The notes: generated by a model from the letters alone, not told the origin. Counted from the stretch's first letter, positions 15,301 through 27,115 are shown. The stretch is 64,000 bases of DNA from Podarcis tiliguerta (GCA_965153285.1 OZ229113.1); one strand, 5' to 3'. A program made the numbers and translations.

Positions 15301-18300
15301 TTTTGTTTGGGAGATTTTGGAAACATTTTTTCTGTATTGTTTTCTTTCATTTTTTTTAATGCATTCTCTTCCTTACAGATAACACTGGGAAGCTTGTTGA
15401 TGCAAAATCTTTTGACATGTGGCAAGGAGGTAAGAGGCATGTCTATGTTCAATATTGTTATAAAAGCGTCTGCCAAAAATCCTCATGCAGTTATGACACT
15501 TATGCAATATCAGAGAGTAGAGCGTGTCTACAGCAGATTGTTTGGATCATGGACATACAACTCAGCCTTTACTGAGGCTCCCATCCCAAGCACTTTCTCT
15601 ATATTGCTCCTTTTCCTTCAGTGGAAGAGAGACATTGAGTTGGAAGGCAAGAGTTTTGGGGGGAAGGGATGTCAGGGGAAGGGAGAATCCCTCTTCCAGT
15701 TTGCTGGAACTGAGACCACCCTGTTCTACCCACGAGTGAAACTTCACTCAAAGTTTTCTTGGGTCCTGCCTTGTCCGAAAAGAGCAAGAATACAATGTTT
15801 GAGGGGGAAATAGCACATTTATGTAGGTTTCTCTCCCCACTGCCATTAACAGCATTCTCCAGACCACTGGCTGATTTTGTCCAAAAAGCACCCCAGAAAT
15901 CTCTGCTCCTGATGGTGACCTATGATGATGGAAGCTCAAGGTAAGCAAACAGATTTATGGCCCTGTTTTTAACATAGCTAGTGGTTTCACTTTGCAGACT
16001 TGAGAAATAAGGTAGCAAAATATGTGGTGGTATGATAAATTTTATCTCCCATCTTACCAAATACACTTGAATTTTCCTATACAGTATACATACATGGACC
16101 CCTTGGAGGCCACAGTCTGGTGTTCATGTCATATTTTGAGGAATGTGTTAAATATTGGCTTCAAAACTCATTTCCTCAAGCAGTTGTTTAAAATTCTAAA
16201 TTTATTTTTTAATATTTATTTTTCTTTTATTTTTAATTATATAGCACCACAACAAACAACAGGTTAAAAAATACACTGAGACAGAGGGTATCTTGGGGCA
16301 TTGTAACATAAGAACTCAAAGATTTCTTTATGATCCAGATACAGTCTTACCTTAGAAGTCAAACAGAATCCGTTCCGGAAGTCTGTTCAACTTCCGAAAC
16401 GTTCGACTTCAAAAGCATGGCTTCTGATTGGCTGCAGGAAGCTCCTGCAGCCAATTGGGAACTGTGGAAGCCCTGTCAGACATTTGGCTTCCAAAAGAAC
16501 ATTAGAAAACCAGAACAATCACTTTTGGTTTTTGATTGTTCGGGAGCTGGTACATCCAATTCCCACAGTGTTTGGGAGCTAAGGTACGACTGTAATTAAC
16601 TTCTAAACTTCACTTAGACTTCTAAAGTGTCACCTGGTAGCATCATGACTGATGTGACTGATATATATTCGGGGGGTGGGGTGGAGCAGGAACATAGGGG
16701 AACTGAGTTCCTTTATCTTTTTTTGAATTAAATAATTATTTTTTTTGTTCAGGGGTTGGGGCTGGAATGATATACACTCAATGCCTGAGCCAAAAATCCA
16801 CCTGTATCTCTAATCACTAAAGTTGTGGCCATTTGTAATCCAGATCATTGTCTGCTTGAGTTTATTACGTAATCACATCTTACATTTAGCCACTGCCTCG
16901 TGTGTGTGAGTGTGGTAGTGCAACTGGGCCCTAAATAAACAAACAAACTTACTTCATATTGAGTACCCCCTCCTTTCCCCCCAGAAAAAAAGCACTAGAT
17001 ATACTTGTGCAATCATCAGTTTTATCCGTTTGCATAATTTTAAAACAGGAACACAATATTTCTCTGATGCAGAAACTTGATACCTGATGCTGGCTTTTTT
17101 GGATCCTTTGTTCCTAAGCGATTGCCAACAACTTGTTCATGTTATTATGTATTTTAAGGTGGCTTTAACAGAATAAATAAGAGTGGTAGTGTTGCAAGCA
17201 GGTGATAAGGTGATGCATGGAAATGAATCCATTTAATTCAGTGGGATCTTTTTCTGAGTAGACATGCTTAGGATTGTGCTATTAATGCTCTTTATTTCTA
17301 AGTGCTAAAGAAAACATTTTAGGAAGAAATTAAATCTGAAGAATAAGAATATCGGAAGAAATCTATCCTATCCTATTCAGACTTTAGCTTTTAGCAAACA
17401 TGAGTTGTCAAAGGTACAAAATTCGGATTAATCCTTTCTCTCTCACATAGGTTAATGGAGGATGCGAAAAAGGCAATAGCAGATCTAGGAAGTAAAGAAA
17501 TAAGGAATTTGAAATTCAGGTCAAGCTGGGCCTTTATAGCAGCAAAAGGTTTTGAACTGCCAGCCGGCACACAAAGGGAAATGGTAAGACTTGTGTAAAT
17601 TAAGAGACTCAAAAATGTATATGGATGTAGATAACACTTGCTAGAACCGCAGAACTTTAAATACTGATGTGTTTCATGTAGTCTAGCTATGTTCTACGAT
17701 GGACATCCAAACAAATGAAATAAAAGCTATCCATATTGGCTAACTTACAGTAATGGAACCGTAGAATTAGAGAGTTGGGTCATCTAGTACAACCCCCTCC
17801 AATTAGGTAATCTCAACTAAAGCATCCCTGAAAGATGGCCCCTCCGACCTCTGCTTAAAAATCTCCAATGAAGGAGAGTCCACCAGCTTTTGAGGGATTC
17901 TGTTCTCCTGTCAAACAGCTTTTACTGTCAGAAAGTTCTTCCTGATGTTTAGCTGGTATCTCCTTTCTTGTAACTTGACTACATTGGTCTGAGTCATCCT
18001 CTCTGGAGCAGGAGAAAACAACCTTGCTTCATCTTCCATGTGACAGCCCTTAAGGTATTTGAAAATAGCTCACCGTATCCCCTCTCAGTCTCTTCTTTTT
18101 ATCAGGCTAAATATGCCCAACTCCCTCAACCGTTCCTCATAAGGCTTGGTTTCCAGACACTTTATCATAGGGTCACCCTCCTCTGCACACAGTAACTTAA
18201 CTAATATTATGAGAGTATATTACCGTCCACTTTTGTAACAGAGAGCCAGTGTGGTGTAGTGGTTAAGAGCGGTAGTCTCATAATCTGGGGAACCGGGTTC

Positions 18301-20132
18301 GCGTCTCCACTCCTCCACATGCAGCTGCTGGGTGACCTTGGGCCAGTCACACTTCTCTGAAGTCTCTCAGCCCCACTCACCTCACAGAGTCTTTGTTGTG
18401 GGGGAGGAAGGGAAAGGAGAATGTTAGCCGCTTTGAGACTCCTTCGGGTAGTGATAAAGCGGGATATCAAATCCAAACTCCTCTTCTTCTTCTTAAAATC
18501 AGAACAGGGCCTTATTATTTAGCATCTTTACCATATACCACTTAATTGTCTGATTTCTTTCTGCTACTTAGTATGTCTTGCTGCAGAAACAAAATAGAAT
18601 TAAGATGTTGCAAAAAAAAAGAAACCTACCAAAACATTAACTCTTAAAGTCCAAGATTAAGCTCCATATTCCCTTATTAGGAGGTGGTTCTTTGAATTAA
18701 TAGGCAATTACAGTCAATATTTGATTTAGTTTTTTTAAAAAAAAACAAAAACGCCCTGAGAATGTTTATTAATTCACTTTCTAAATTCGTTTCAGTTGCT
18801 TTACTATTTCCATCCTGCATGTCCTTAAAAAGCTCTGGCTAGGTATCATGGCCTATACACCCCCCAAATGTATCACATACTCAAAAGTTTACTCTAGTGT
18901 CAGCTCCTCTCTGCTCTACTCCAGAGGCTCCTTAATTTTAAAGGAGGAGGAAGCTGGAAGTGTTTTCAATCCTGACTCCTGTCAAACAGATGCTTATATC
19001 AAAGATGCCCCTTAGCAGGAGTGCTCCTGTTTAGATATTTGCCCCAGGATAATATAAGGTAGCTAGCGGTATCCAGGCTGCCCACTGACTTTTCTTTCCT
19101 TCCTGGTCTCTCTCCATTTTTTGAATGTACAGTCGTACCTTGGCTCCTGAACACCTTGGGAGTCGAACATTCTGGCTCCTGATCGAAAACCAGAAGTGAG
19201 TGTTCTGGTCTGTTTTTTGGAAGCCGAATGTCCAGCATGGCTTCCGCTATTGTTTCCAGCACACCTGTGCAATCGGAAACCAATCGGAAACTGTGCCTTG
19301 GTTTCCGAACATTTCGGAAGTTGAACGGACTTCCGGAACGGACACCGTTCGACTTCCAAGGTACGACTGTAATGTCAAAATACAGATACATTGTAGTAGA
19401 CATTATAGAGGAATGCTATGAACTGGACATGGGGCTGTCCTTTCTGACGATACCCAAACATATAATACCTAGTTTTTTGCCTGAATATTCTCAGTCAGAA
19501 GTGGAAAGGGGTTGTGCTAAAACATGATCTCAACTGTGGGTCCCCCGTTTGGCAAATACCTTTGCCAAAGCTATCCCACTTTGCAGCACACTCCCAAGCC
19601 CTTTTGATGGAGCCAAAAACTATGTGGTTCACATGAACTGATCTAGATAAATCGGCTTTAGCGTTTTCTTTTCTCCATAAGCTTAGTGATAAAAGGGGTG
19701 GGTTGCTTCCATTGTGTATTTTGGAACGTAGGAAGCTGCCCTATGCTGACTCAGATCATTGGTCCATCTAGCTCAGTATTGTCCACACTGACTGGTAGTT
19801 GCTGTCTATGGTTCCAGACAAGAGTTATTCCCAGCCTTAACTGGAGATGCCAGGAATTGAATCTGGGACCTTCGGAATGCAAGGAACATGAGCTGCAGCT
19901 CTTCCCCATTCCAAAGTGCCCCCCCCCCTTGTGGCTGATTGGAAGCCACACTATTTTCTCTTGTTATGGCAATAATAGATAGACTTTCACAATTACATTA
20001 TTTTGAAGCCATAAACTGAATTGCTATTTATACGTTTCTTTTAAACAGATCAACCACTCTGATGCGAAAAAGAATCGATATAAAGGCTGGCCAGCTGAAG
20101 TCCAGATAGAAGGCTGTATTCCAAAAAACTAA
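5998..20132 (+). CDS. FAM3B: FAM3B (PANDER), complete 8-exon CDS, 234 aa
   Basis: join(5998-6019,11093-11236,11848-11971,13274-13332,15379-15429,15853-15940,17451-17583,20049-20132) = 705 nt, all GT-AG with consistent phases. Translation [30 protein letters not shown]...KCDHWSPC...KICFED...RGINVAIV...[10 protein letters not shown]...[12 protein letters not shown]...[15 protein letters not shown] matches FAM3B motifs; FAM3B-MX adjacency is the known amniote synteny. Confidence 0.95.
7006..7251 (+). mobile_element. Tc1/mariner MITE family 1
   Basis: Shared body with the 8292, 26529, 29525, 33906 and 41558 copies. Confidence 0.8.
8292..8517 (+). mobile_element. Tc1/mariner MITE family 1
   Basis: TA|CAGTGGTACCTC...GAGGTACCACTG|TA. 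Confidence 0.85.
9238..9644 (+). mobile_element. 5'-truncated BovB LINE
   Basis: [24 protein letters not shown]...VHGVTKSRT; 11-bp TSD attccaaacag (9227, 9645). Confidence 0.93.
9943..10320 (+). mobile_element. 5'-truncated BovB LINE
   Basis: Same 3' ORF end and (CAA)n tail; short caattg repeat at both ends. Confidence 0.92.
11093..11236 (+). CDS. FAM3B: FAM3B exon 2 (signal/TM segment)
   Basis: ttttttcag acceptor, gtatgt donor; [27 protein letters not shown]...KPKLK. Confidence 0.93.
11848..11971 (+). CDS. FAM3B: FAM3B exon 3
   Basis: [42 protein letters not shown]; cag/gtgagt. Confidence 0.95.
13274..13332 (+). CDS. FAM3B: FAM3B exon 4
   Basis: [19 protein letters not shown]; cag/gtgagt. 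Confidence 0.93.
13997..14343 (+). mobile_element. Sauria SINE (Squam1-type)
   Basis: tRNA-like head with B box ggttcgaatcc, acctttacct tail, near-TSD tatac(a/c)aggagc. Confidence 0.88.
15379..15429 (+). CDS. FAM3B: FAM3B exon 5
   Basis: [17 protein letters not shown]; cag/gtaaga. Confidence 0.92.
15853..15940 (+). CDS. FAM3B: FAM3B exon 6
   Basis: [29 protein letters not shown]; cag/gtaagc. Confidence 0.93.
16342..16592. mobile_element. Tc1/mariner (Tigger-like) MITE family 2
   Basis: TA|CAGTC.TACCTT...AAGGTACGACTG|TA; internal palindrome attggctgcagg..cctgcagccaat. Confidence 0.78.
17451..17583 (+). CDS. FAM3B: FAM3B exon 7
   Basis: [44 protein letters not shown]; tag/gtaaga. Confidence 0.95.
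17760..18190 (-). mobile_element. CR1 LINE 3' fragment (older)
   Basis: Diverged homology to the 22286 CR1 copy. Confidence 0.75.
18241..18494 (+). mobile_element. Squam3-like tRNA-derived SINE
   Basis: gagagccagtgtggtgtagtggttaag head (A box), B box gggttcgcgtc, (CTT)n tail; second copy at 40894. Confidence 0.8.
19130..19369. mobile_element. Tigger-like MITE family 2
   Basis: TA|CAGTCGTACCTTGG...CCAAGGTACGACTG|TA. Confidence 0.8.
20049..20132 (+). CDS. FAM3B: FAM3B exon 8 coding part
   Basis: [30 protein letters not shown]. Confidence 0.95.
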   Translation: MNHSDAKKNRYKGWPAEVQIEGCIPKN

Positions 20133-21149
20133 CGGTCTGGATTCTCCAGTTAAGATGTATCAACAAAGGAGTGCACTGCATTTTTACCATATGATCTCAG
20201 AATGATTTGTTTGCCATACATAGGAATGTCTTTGGCCATGAAATTGCCCATACTTTTCCACAATACTATGAGCTGAGTACAAATGCAAGGGGATTGTGGC
20301 TGCTTAGTTCATTCCCCGGTTCTCCTGTTCATCTGCTGCTGTGAGTTAAGCACATCACACAAACCCGGGCTCATGGTTTGTCAGAAATATTAACCCAAGA
20401 AAAACCTTGGATATAACGTGGTTTGTCTGGAGCAGGACAAACCGTGAGGCCGGGTGTGGGCAACACACTGACTTTGCAAAGCACTGCAGCAGAGCAGGAG
20501 CACAATCTTCTCTCTGGGAGCTCAGCTTACATATTCACACTTTGGGTATGTTCACATTAGTGGCTTAAAATGCAGCCCGCTAGCCGTCGGGGAGGTGGGC
20601 TCAGGCTGGGCCTGGGTTCAGCCGCATGTTTCCTCGCGGCCTCCGTCTGCCCTCCTACCTCTCCTCCTTTCCCTTGGCGGCGGCAGCGCAATGGCGGGGC
20701 AGCAGGGTCAGGACTTCTCCTTTCCCCCTACGTGCTCACTCCTGGGTCCCTCCGGCCCAGGAGCTCCAGATGCGGGTGCCCCCGGCACCCACATGACAGC
20801 GGTGGTGGTGGCGGCGGTCCCAGCGACTTGGAAGCCGGCCAGGCAGCACAAGCAACACTGGCCGCCCTCAGGAGCTCCGCGGCGCCATGCGCCATGCTGC
20901 CTCCTTTTGATTCTTCACCAGACACACTTGATCTTTTATGTTTCTCTACTGCTGGAACTGCCACCTCCGCGCCAACCGCCTATTCATTAAGCTGTCATCT
21001 TTGCATGTGCGGTGATTGTCTCAGTTGTTCACATTATCACCACATTACTTTCATTGAAACATCTTAAAGCCAAATCTAGTCATCATGACGCTGGTAGTTT
21101 CATGGCTTCACGGTTTTATACTTGAATGTATATGCATCTATTACTCTGG

Positions 21150-21159
21150 AATAAATAAA
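21150..21159 (+). terminator. Likely FAM3B polyadenylation signal (overlapping AATAAA x2)
   Basis: aataaataaa about 1 kb after the stop, followed by T/GT-rich sequence. Confidence 0.55.
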
Positions 21160-21784
21160 AGGATTTAATTTTTAAAATTAGCGGTGTAGTATTTTGTATA
21201 TAAAATGTGACAGAAACATCATGAATTCAGTAAATTGCTTGGGATGGAATTTATAGTCTGTTTCATGTTTTGTAGACCACCCTTAACAGAGACAGGAAAG
21301 GTGAAATCATACCTCAGAGAGCTTGTTGAATTATCAGAGGCATTAACGAAGTCTGAAGTTAAATATGATCAAAACTAGCTTTACTCGCCCAAATAAAATC
21401 ACTTCCTCTGTCAGCAAAATGGAATGCTTGTGTCCATTTATATATTAGAATCCCAAAATGGGGTCAATGTGTGTGACAGAAGAGGTCTCATTCTATAGCA
21501 ACACTTAGATGATTATATGTGCATTTAATAACCTGAAGGTTGGGAAGTGAGGAAAACTGCTGTGGGATTTGGAGTGGGCAAATGGTGTCTAGGAAAAGGT
21601 TTAAGATCCACCTACCTACTGCGACTCCTTTGTTCCCTCTCCTCACCCACCCTAGAAGTAACCTTTTCTGATCTAAATGGGTTGCCACTAGATGGCCACT
21701 TCTGTCTTTTTTGGCCCCACTCTTGTAACTTCTGTGAAGAGGAACTATGTGGATTTAAATTATCTGTGTCTTTTCCTTTGCCAC

Positions 21785-21884
21785 TGAATATAGCTCAGTC
21801 GGTAGAGCATGAGATGCTTAATTTCAGGGTTGTGGGTTTGATCCCCACATTGCAGGAGATTGGACTAGATGACTCTTGTGGTCT
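21785..21884 (+). mobile_element. tRNA-derived SINE with CR1-like tail (truncated)
   Basis: tagctcagtcggtagagcatgaga...gggtttgatcccc...ttggactagatga; relatives at about 9706-9845 (+), 13716-13853 (-) and 23700-23795 (+). Confidence 0.65.
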
Positions 21885-22285
21885 ATGGACGTCTAATGGC
21901 CAAATACTTCATGTCACAAGTGTAACAAAGCCTTCATAAAGTCCCTCAGAGAGGCATGATCTGCATTATAAAGGACAAACTCTTATTCTGCCCATGGCTT
22001 CCCCTGTTACCCACTCACCCCTACCACTAATTTTATATCACCAGTGTGCTGGACTCCTGTTACTTTGGAATCTGCAACATTGTTGAAAGAATCACTCAAG
22101 TAATGCACTATGAAAACTCTCAATAAAGTCAGAATCCTATTGTTAGCATTTTATTTATACTGCAACTTGTTTCCTAGATTTCAGCTGTTGGTGTTAATTT
22201 TGTTTTTTGTTTTGTTTTAATGGAGGCGGAGTATTGGGAAATCAGAACAAAGAGCTAAACAAATGTCTAATCATTACAGCACTAG

Positions 22286-22631
22286 AATCATAGAATCATA
22301 GAGCTGGAAGAGACCACAAGGGCCATCGAGTCCAACCCCCTGCCAAGCAGGAAACACCATCAGAGCACTCCTGACATATGGTTGTCAAGCCTCTGCTTAA
22401 AGACCTCCAAAGAAGGAGACTCCACCACACTCCTTGGCAGCAAATTCCACTGTCGAACAGCCCTTACTGTCAGGAAGTTCTTCCTAATGTTTAGGTGGAA
22501 TCTTCTTTCATGTAATTTGGATCCATTGCTCCGTGTCCGCTTCTCTGGAGCAGCAGAAAACAACCTTTCTCCCTCCTCTATGTGACATCCTTTTATATAT
22601 TTGAACATGGCTATCATATCACCCCTTAACC
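22286..22631 (-). mobile_element. CR1 LINE 3' fragment (young)
   Basis: Minus-strand RLRGDMIAMFKYIKG...FLTVRAVRQWN.LP..VVESPSLEVFKQRLD, the CR1 ORF2 C-terminus; (ATTCTATG)n terminus; absent from the duplicate promoter copy. Confidence 0.92.
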
Positions 22632-22718
22632 TTATAAAATGCAAAAGGAGCAGATGGCTGCTCATTCTGGTGTGATGCTGATCTGTTTCAGATGGAACCA
22701 GTTCAAGGATCTGAATGA

Positions 22719-22872
22719 AGTTTCGTTTCCTCGTCATGAGACAGCATTATTTTCAGTTTCCTTTCTGTGTTCTGCAGCGAGGAAAACTGACACACTGTTG
22801 GGACCCTTGCGATATTGCTTTTGGTGTGGGATAATGCCATTGGTTAGATGCCTTTTTAAGTTTCGATTTCCC
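22719..22872 (+). promoter_or_regulatory. ISRE cluster, distal copy of Mx-A promoter
   Basis: AGTTTCGTTTCC (22719), TTTCAGTTTCCTTTCT (22751), AAGTTTCGATTTCCC (22858); Mx-type and canonical ISRE forms upstream of an Mx gene. Confidence 0.75.
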
Positions 22873-22971
22873 TGAACAGGAAAGGCGGAGCTGATGCTGA
22901 CACAATAGAAACAAGAGCAGCAGGCAAGCAGCATTTCCCCCAGAGCAAGAGGTCAGAATCCTTCCACAGGA

Positions 22972-23178
22972 CAGTCATACCTCGGGTTGCAGACGCTTCA
23001 GGTTGCGTTTTTTCAGGTTACGGACCTGCCGAAATCCGGAAGTACTGAAACGGGTTACTTCCGGGTTTTGGGGTTCACACATGCACAGAATCGCTACCCG
23101 CGTGTTCACAGACATGCCGCTGCAGATTGCCAACGTGCATCCCGCATGGATCATGTTCACAACCCAAGCATCCACAGT
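22972..23178. mobile_element. Tigger-like MITE in the distal promoter copy
   Basis: cagtcatacctcgggttg start; absent from the proximal duplicate. Confidence 0.75.
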
Positions 23179-24732
23179 ATAATCAGCCTGCAGGGTGGAT
23201 TTCCATTTGGGGAGCGGGAAGGGAGAGCCTGGAAAGTAATGACTGGATTAAATGTCTGCAAGCAGAGGAGTCTCACTGGGTTGTAGGGGGAAGAGGGAAT
23301 GTTGTTCACTGCCCCATTCAAGGGTAGCTAACGTGGTGTCCTCCAGAACCTGTTGGGTTACAGTTTCCATCATCCATAACGTTGTCCATGCTGGTTAGGA
23401 GTGGGATTGATGGGAGTTGTAGTCCAGCAACAACTGGAAGTCACCATGCTGGCTATTCTTGCAGAAGACCTACAGAAAGGACTAAACAGGGAAGAGCTGG
23501 TTTGTAGCATCCTGGCTGATACCTGGTCTGCTCTCCCAGCCAGCAGGTGTGTTTGTGTCTGTACAGATGTTTTTTGCCTGCATCACATTGTCTTGTGAGG
23601 TATCCGCCTGCTGGTATGAGAGTGTTCATGCTGATTGCAGTGTGGGCTATTATCTGATCACTGGCTGAGTGGACATGCCACACATACACATACACACACC
23701 AGGTCATGGGTTTGATCCCCACATCGGGCAAAAGATTTGTACATTGCAGGGAATTGGACTAGATGACTCTTGTGGTCCCTTGCAACTCTACGATTCCATC
23801 TCCTGTCAGGAGTGGAAAGATGAGAGCATAGTCATCTTATTATTTGCAGACTCTACTGACTCCAATTCGCTTTTGGACCCAATTCAAAATGCTGGCATCA
23901 AAACCCTGAACGGGTTGGAATTAAGCATATTTTAGGGACTGCGTCTATACATATGAATCCAATTATCCTTTATAATTATCAAGAGATGGCTTGACAACGG
24001 ATTTGGACCTGTTGTAGTACATACAGGGCTTTTTCCGTGTTTGCTCCAAATATAGAACATGCTGTCTGCTCAAGGTTCCACATATCCTGAGCTTGTAGGC
24101 TATTAGATGTCAGTGAACAGCTTTTCTGGTTCTAGTGAGCTTTTAAGTATACTTCTTACTGAGAGCCAGAGAAGCACAGTAACTGAGTTGTTTCCAAGGC
24201 AGTTCTTGGTTCAATCTTGCCTGTGCCATTATTGATGGACGTCTAATGGCCAAATACTTCATGTCACAAGTGTAACAAAGCCCTGTCCCTCCATAAAGTC
24301 CCTCAGAGAGGCATGATTTGCATTATAAAGGACAAACTCTTATTCTGCCCATGGCTTCCCCTGTTACCCACTCGCCCCTACCACTAATTTTATGTCACCA
24401 GTGTGCTGGACTCCTGTTACTTTGGAATCTGCAACATTGTTGAAAGGATCACTCAAGTAATGCACTATTAAAACTCTCAATAAAGTCAGAATCCTGTTGT
24501 TAGCATTTTATTTATACTGCAACTTGTTTCCTAGATTTCAGCTGTTTGTGTTACGGTAATTTTGTTTTGTTTTTAATGGGAGCGGAGTATTGGAAAATCA
24601 GAACATAGTGCTAAACAAATGTGTAATCATTACAGCACTAGTGCATTATAAAATGCAAAAGGAGTAGATGGCTGCTCAGTCTAGTGTGATGCTGAGCAGT
24701 TTCAGATGCAACCAGTTCAGGGATCTGAATGA

Positions 24733-24971
24733 AGTTTCGTTTCCTCGTCATGAGACAGCATCATTTGCGGTTTCCTTTCTGTGTTCTACAGCGAGGAAAA
24801 CTGACACACTGTTGGCACCCTTGCGAAATTGCTTTTGGTGTGGGATAATGCCATTGGTTAGATGCCTTTTTAAGTTGCGATTTCCCTGAACAGAAAAGGC
24901 GGAGCTGATGCTGACACAATAGAAACAAGAGCATCAGGAAAGCAGCATTTGCTCCCAGAGAAGAGGTAAGA
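24733..24971 (+). promoter_or_regulatory. ISRE cluster and putative non-coding exon 1 donor, proximal copy of Mx-A promoter
   Basis: AGTTTCGTTTCC (24733), GGTTTCCTTTCT (24769); consensus donor AG|GTAAGA at 24966. Confidence 0.72.
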
Positions 24972-25377
24972 ATCCTTCCATAGAATAATCAGCCTGCAGG
25001 CAGGATTTCCATTTGGGGAACGGGAAGGGAGAGCCTGGAAAGTAATGACCTCACAGGGTGGATTAAATGTCTGCAAGCAGAGGAGTCTCACTGGGTAGGA
25101 GGGGGAAGAGGGAATGTTGTTCACTGCCCCATTCAAGGGTAGCTAGCGTGGTGTCCTCCAAAAGTTGTTGGGTTACAATTTCCATGCCAAATTGAATTCA
25201 GTGGTTTGGGAAACTTGTTTTTGGCATGTCAAAGCTAAATGCATTCTTAATTTACAAATAGATTCTTATGTGGCATTGAATTATATATTGCTAAATATTT
25301 GGGGGGGTCAGTATGGATGATACCCAGGGATCTCTTTGAAAGCTGCAGTCCAGTTTATGAGAACGTAACATCTATAA

Positions 25378-25727
25378 GGGGATGTGGGTGGTGCTGTGGG
25401 TTAAACCACAGAGCCTAGGACTTGCCAATCAGAAGTTTGGTGGTTTGAATCCCGTGACAGGGTGAGCTCCCTTTGCTCAGTCCCTGCTCCTGCAAACCCA
25501 GCAGTTCGAAAGCACGTCAAAGTGCAAGTAGATAAATAGGTACTGCTCTGGCAGGAAGGTAAACAGCATTTCTGTGTGCTGCTCTGGTTCACCAGAAGCG
25601 GCTTAGTCATGCTGGACACATGACCCAGAAGCAGTACACCGGCTCCCTCGGCCAATAAAGCGAGATGAGTGCCGCAACCCCAGAGTCGGCCATGACTGGA
25701 CCTAATGGTCAGAGGTCCCTTTACCTT
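25378..25727 (+). mobile_element. Sauria SINE
   Basis: Homologous to the 13997 copy; 12-bp TSD taacatctataa. Confidence 0.88.
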
Positions 25728-26528
25728 TAACATCTATAAAAGGAAACTTGCTGAACCAGTCAAACTACTTCCTTTGTCAAGGTAATTGCCCTAGCCAAAT
25801 ACCCATCATCTGCATCTTGAAGAGTGAGCACTGTTGCCATAGAGATGAATGGGTGAGCTTGTCCCCACCTCATCCTAGGAAGAGGAACAGTCAGCCAGAG
25901 GGTGCAGGGGGGCTGTGTGTGAGTGACCTGGAAGCTGGAGATGCTGTCTTGCTCTATGCTGACCTCTGCGTTGTGGCTTGAGGCTTCCCTGGAAACCTAA
26001 TGGGGAAGCAAGAACTTGTTGAGGGCTAATGCTGCTCCAGTCCCTTCTTAGGTTGTGTGTAGAAAAGCAACTTAGGTTGTAAAGAAAACCATATAGACTA
26101 ATGACAGCACAGGCTCTACAGAACTTCATTCTAAGGAAGCCAAACCCTGGGATACTGCAGGTACATGTGGACTCTCTTGCTGCTCAGGTATTGGGGTGCA
26201 TGCAATAGTACAGTATTTCGGTTTTCAGGAATGGTGTAGCCCAATTCTGACTGGGTAGATCAGGGAGGTATGGCTAATGCTAGGAGCCTTGGATGGGGAG
26301 GGGGATAAGGATTGACACCAATGTAGAGTCAATAGCTAGGGATTTGCTTTGCAAATACTTAGGGCATCATGCAGTTCAGTGGCACCCTTTAACTTTTTTG
26401 TATGGATCGCTGAGTGTCTGACTCATTATTTTGAATGGGAGGCCAGTAAACTTACTACCAGTCTTCATGGTTCTTTAAAATATATCCCCCCAAAACCCCA
26501 AGAGATATGTAACAAGCTTATATATATT

Positions 26529-26767
26529 CAGTGGTACCTTGGGTTACATACACTTCAGGTTACATACGCTTAGGGTACAGACTCCGCTAACCCAGAAATA
26601 GTGCTTCAGGTTAAGAACTTTGCTTCAGGATGAGAACAGAAATTGTGCCGGTGGTGCGGCAGCAGCAGGAGGCCCCATTAGCTAAAGTGGTGCTTCAGGT
26701 TAAGAACAGTTTCAGGTTAAGTACGGGCCTCCAGAACGAATTAAGTACTTAACCCGAGGTACCAGTG
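26529..26767 (+). mobile_element. Tc1/mariner MITE family 1
   Basis: Same TIRs and body. Confidence 0.85.
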
Positions 26768-27019
26768 TATTCTGTTTTAACTTTGCTATCATGGATCGTT
26801 TTCCAACGGGAAATACAAACCACTGAGTCTGGTGTGGGAGAAGGGGTGGCTCAGGCTTTAATAGTTCAAGAGCAATTTACTTCCACCAAAGATACCGGCC
26901 TTAGAATTTCTCTCAGAAGCAGCCTGCACATCAGAATAAAATCAAAATATTTTTTCTTCCTAAGACCAGGCAAACTGATTTTCCAATCTACGAAAATATT
27001 TTAATTCCGAGGGAGCAAC

Positions 27020-27115
27020 ATGTCGGTCAAATGTGAAACGGAAAATGACTCCTCTCCACTGAAGAGTAAACTTACAGAGGTACTATCAGAAATGCACAGC
27101 TATGAATCAACAACT
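27020..27115 (+). CDS. MX1: Mx-A first coding exon ([32 protein letters not shown])
   Basis: Acceptor tttttcttcctaag ending at 26964, caacATG with A at -3, gtaagg donor, phase 0 fits the next exon; no homology support for this variable N-terminus. Confidence 0.65.

Larger units (their letters stand above)
21885..25185 (+). repeat. Direct segmental duplication: 21885-23369 versus 24235-25185
   Basis: Long co-linear high-identity match starting atggacgtctaatggccaaatacttc; copy 1 is longer because of CR1 and MITE insertions. Confidence 0.92.

Noticed and set aside
15307-15813. 168-aa ORF
   Set aside because: Overlaps FAM3B exon 5 in a different frame and runs through intron; no domain
20570-21067. 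165-aa and 131-aa ORFs after the FAM3B stop
   Set aside because: GC-rich block in the predicted UTR with no recognisable homology
21785-21860. tRNA-Lys-like sequence (similar heads at about 9706, 13790 and 18241)
   Set aside because: Degenerate SINE heads joined to LINE-like tails; no intact cloverleaf
27035-27044. GAAACGGAAA ISRE-like motif
   Set aside because: Falls inside the predicted Mx-A first coding exon (codons E-T-E); likely coincidental
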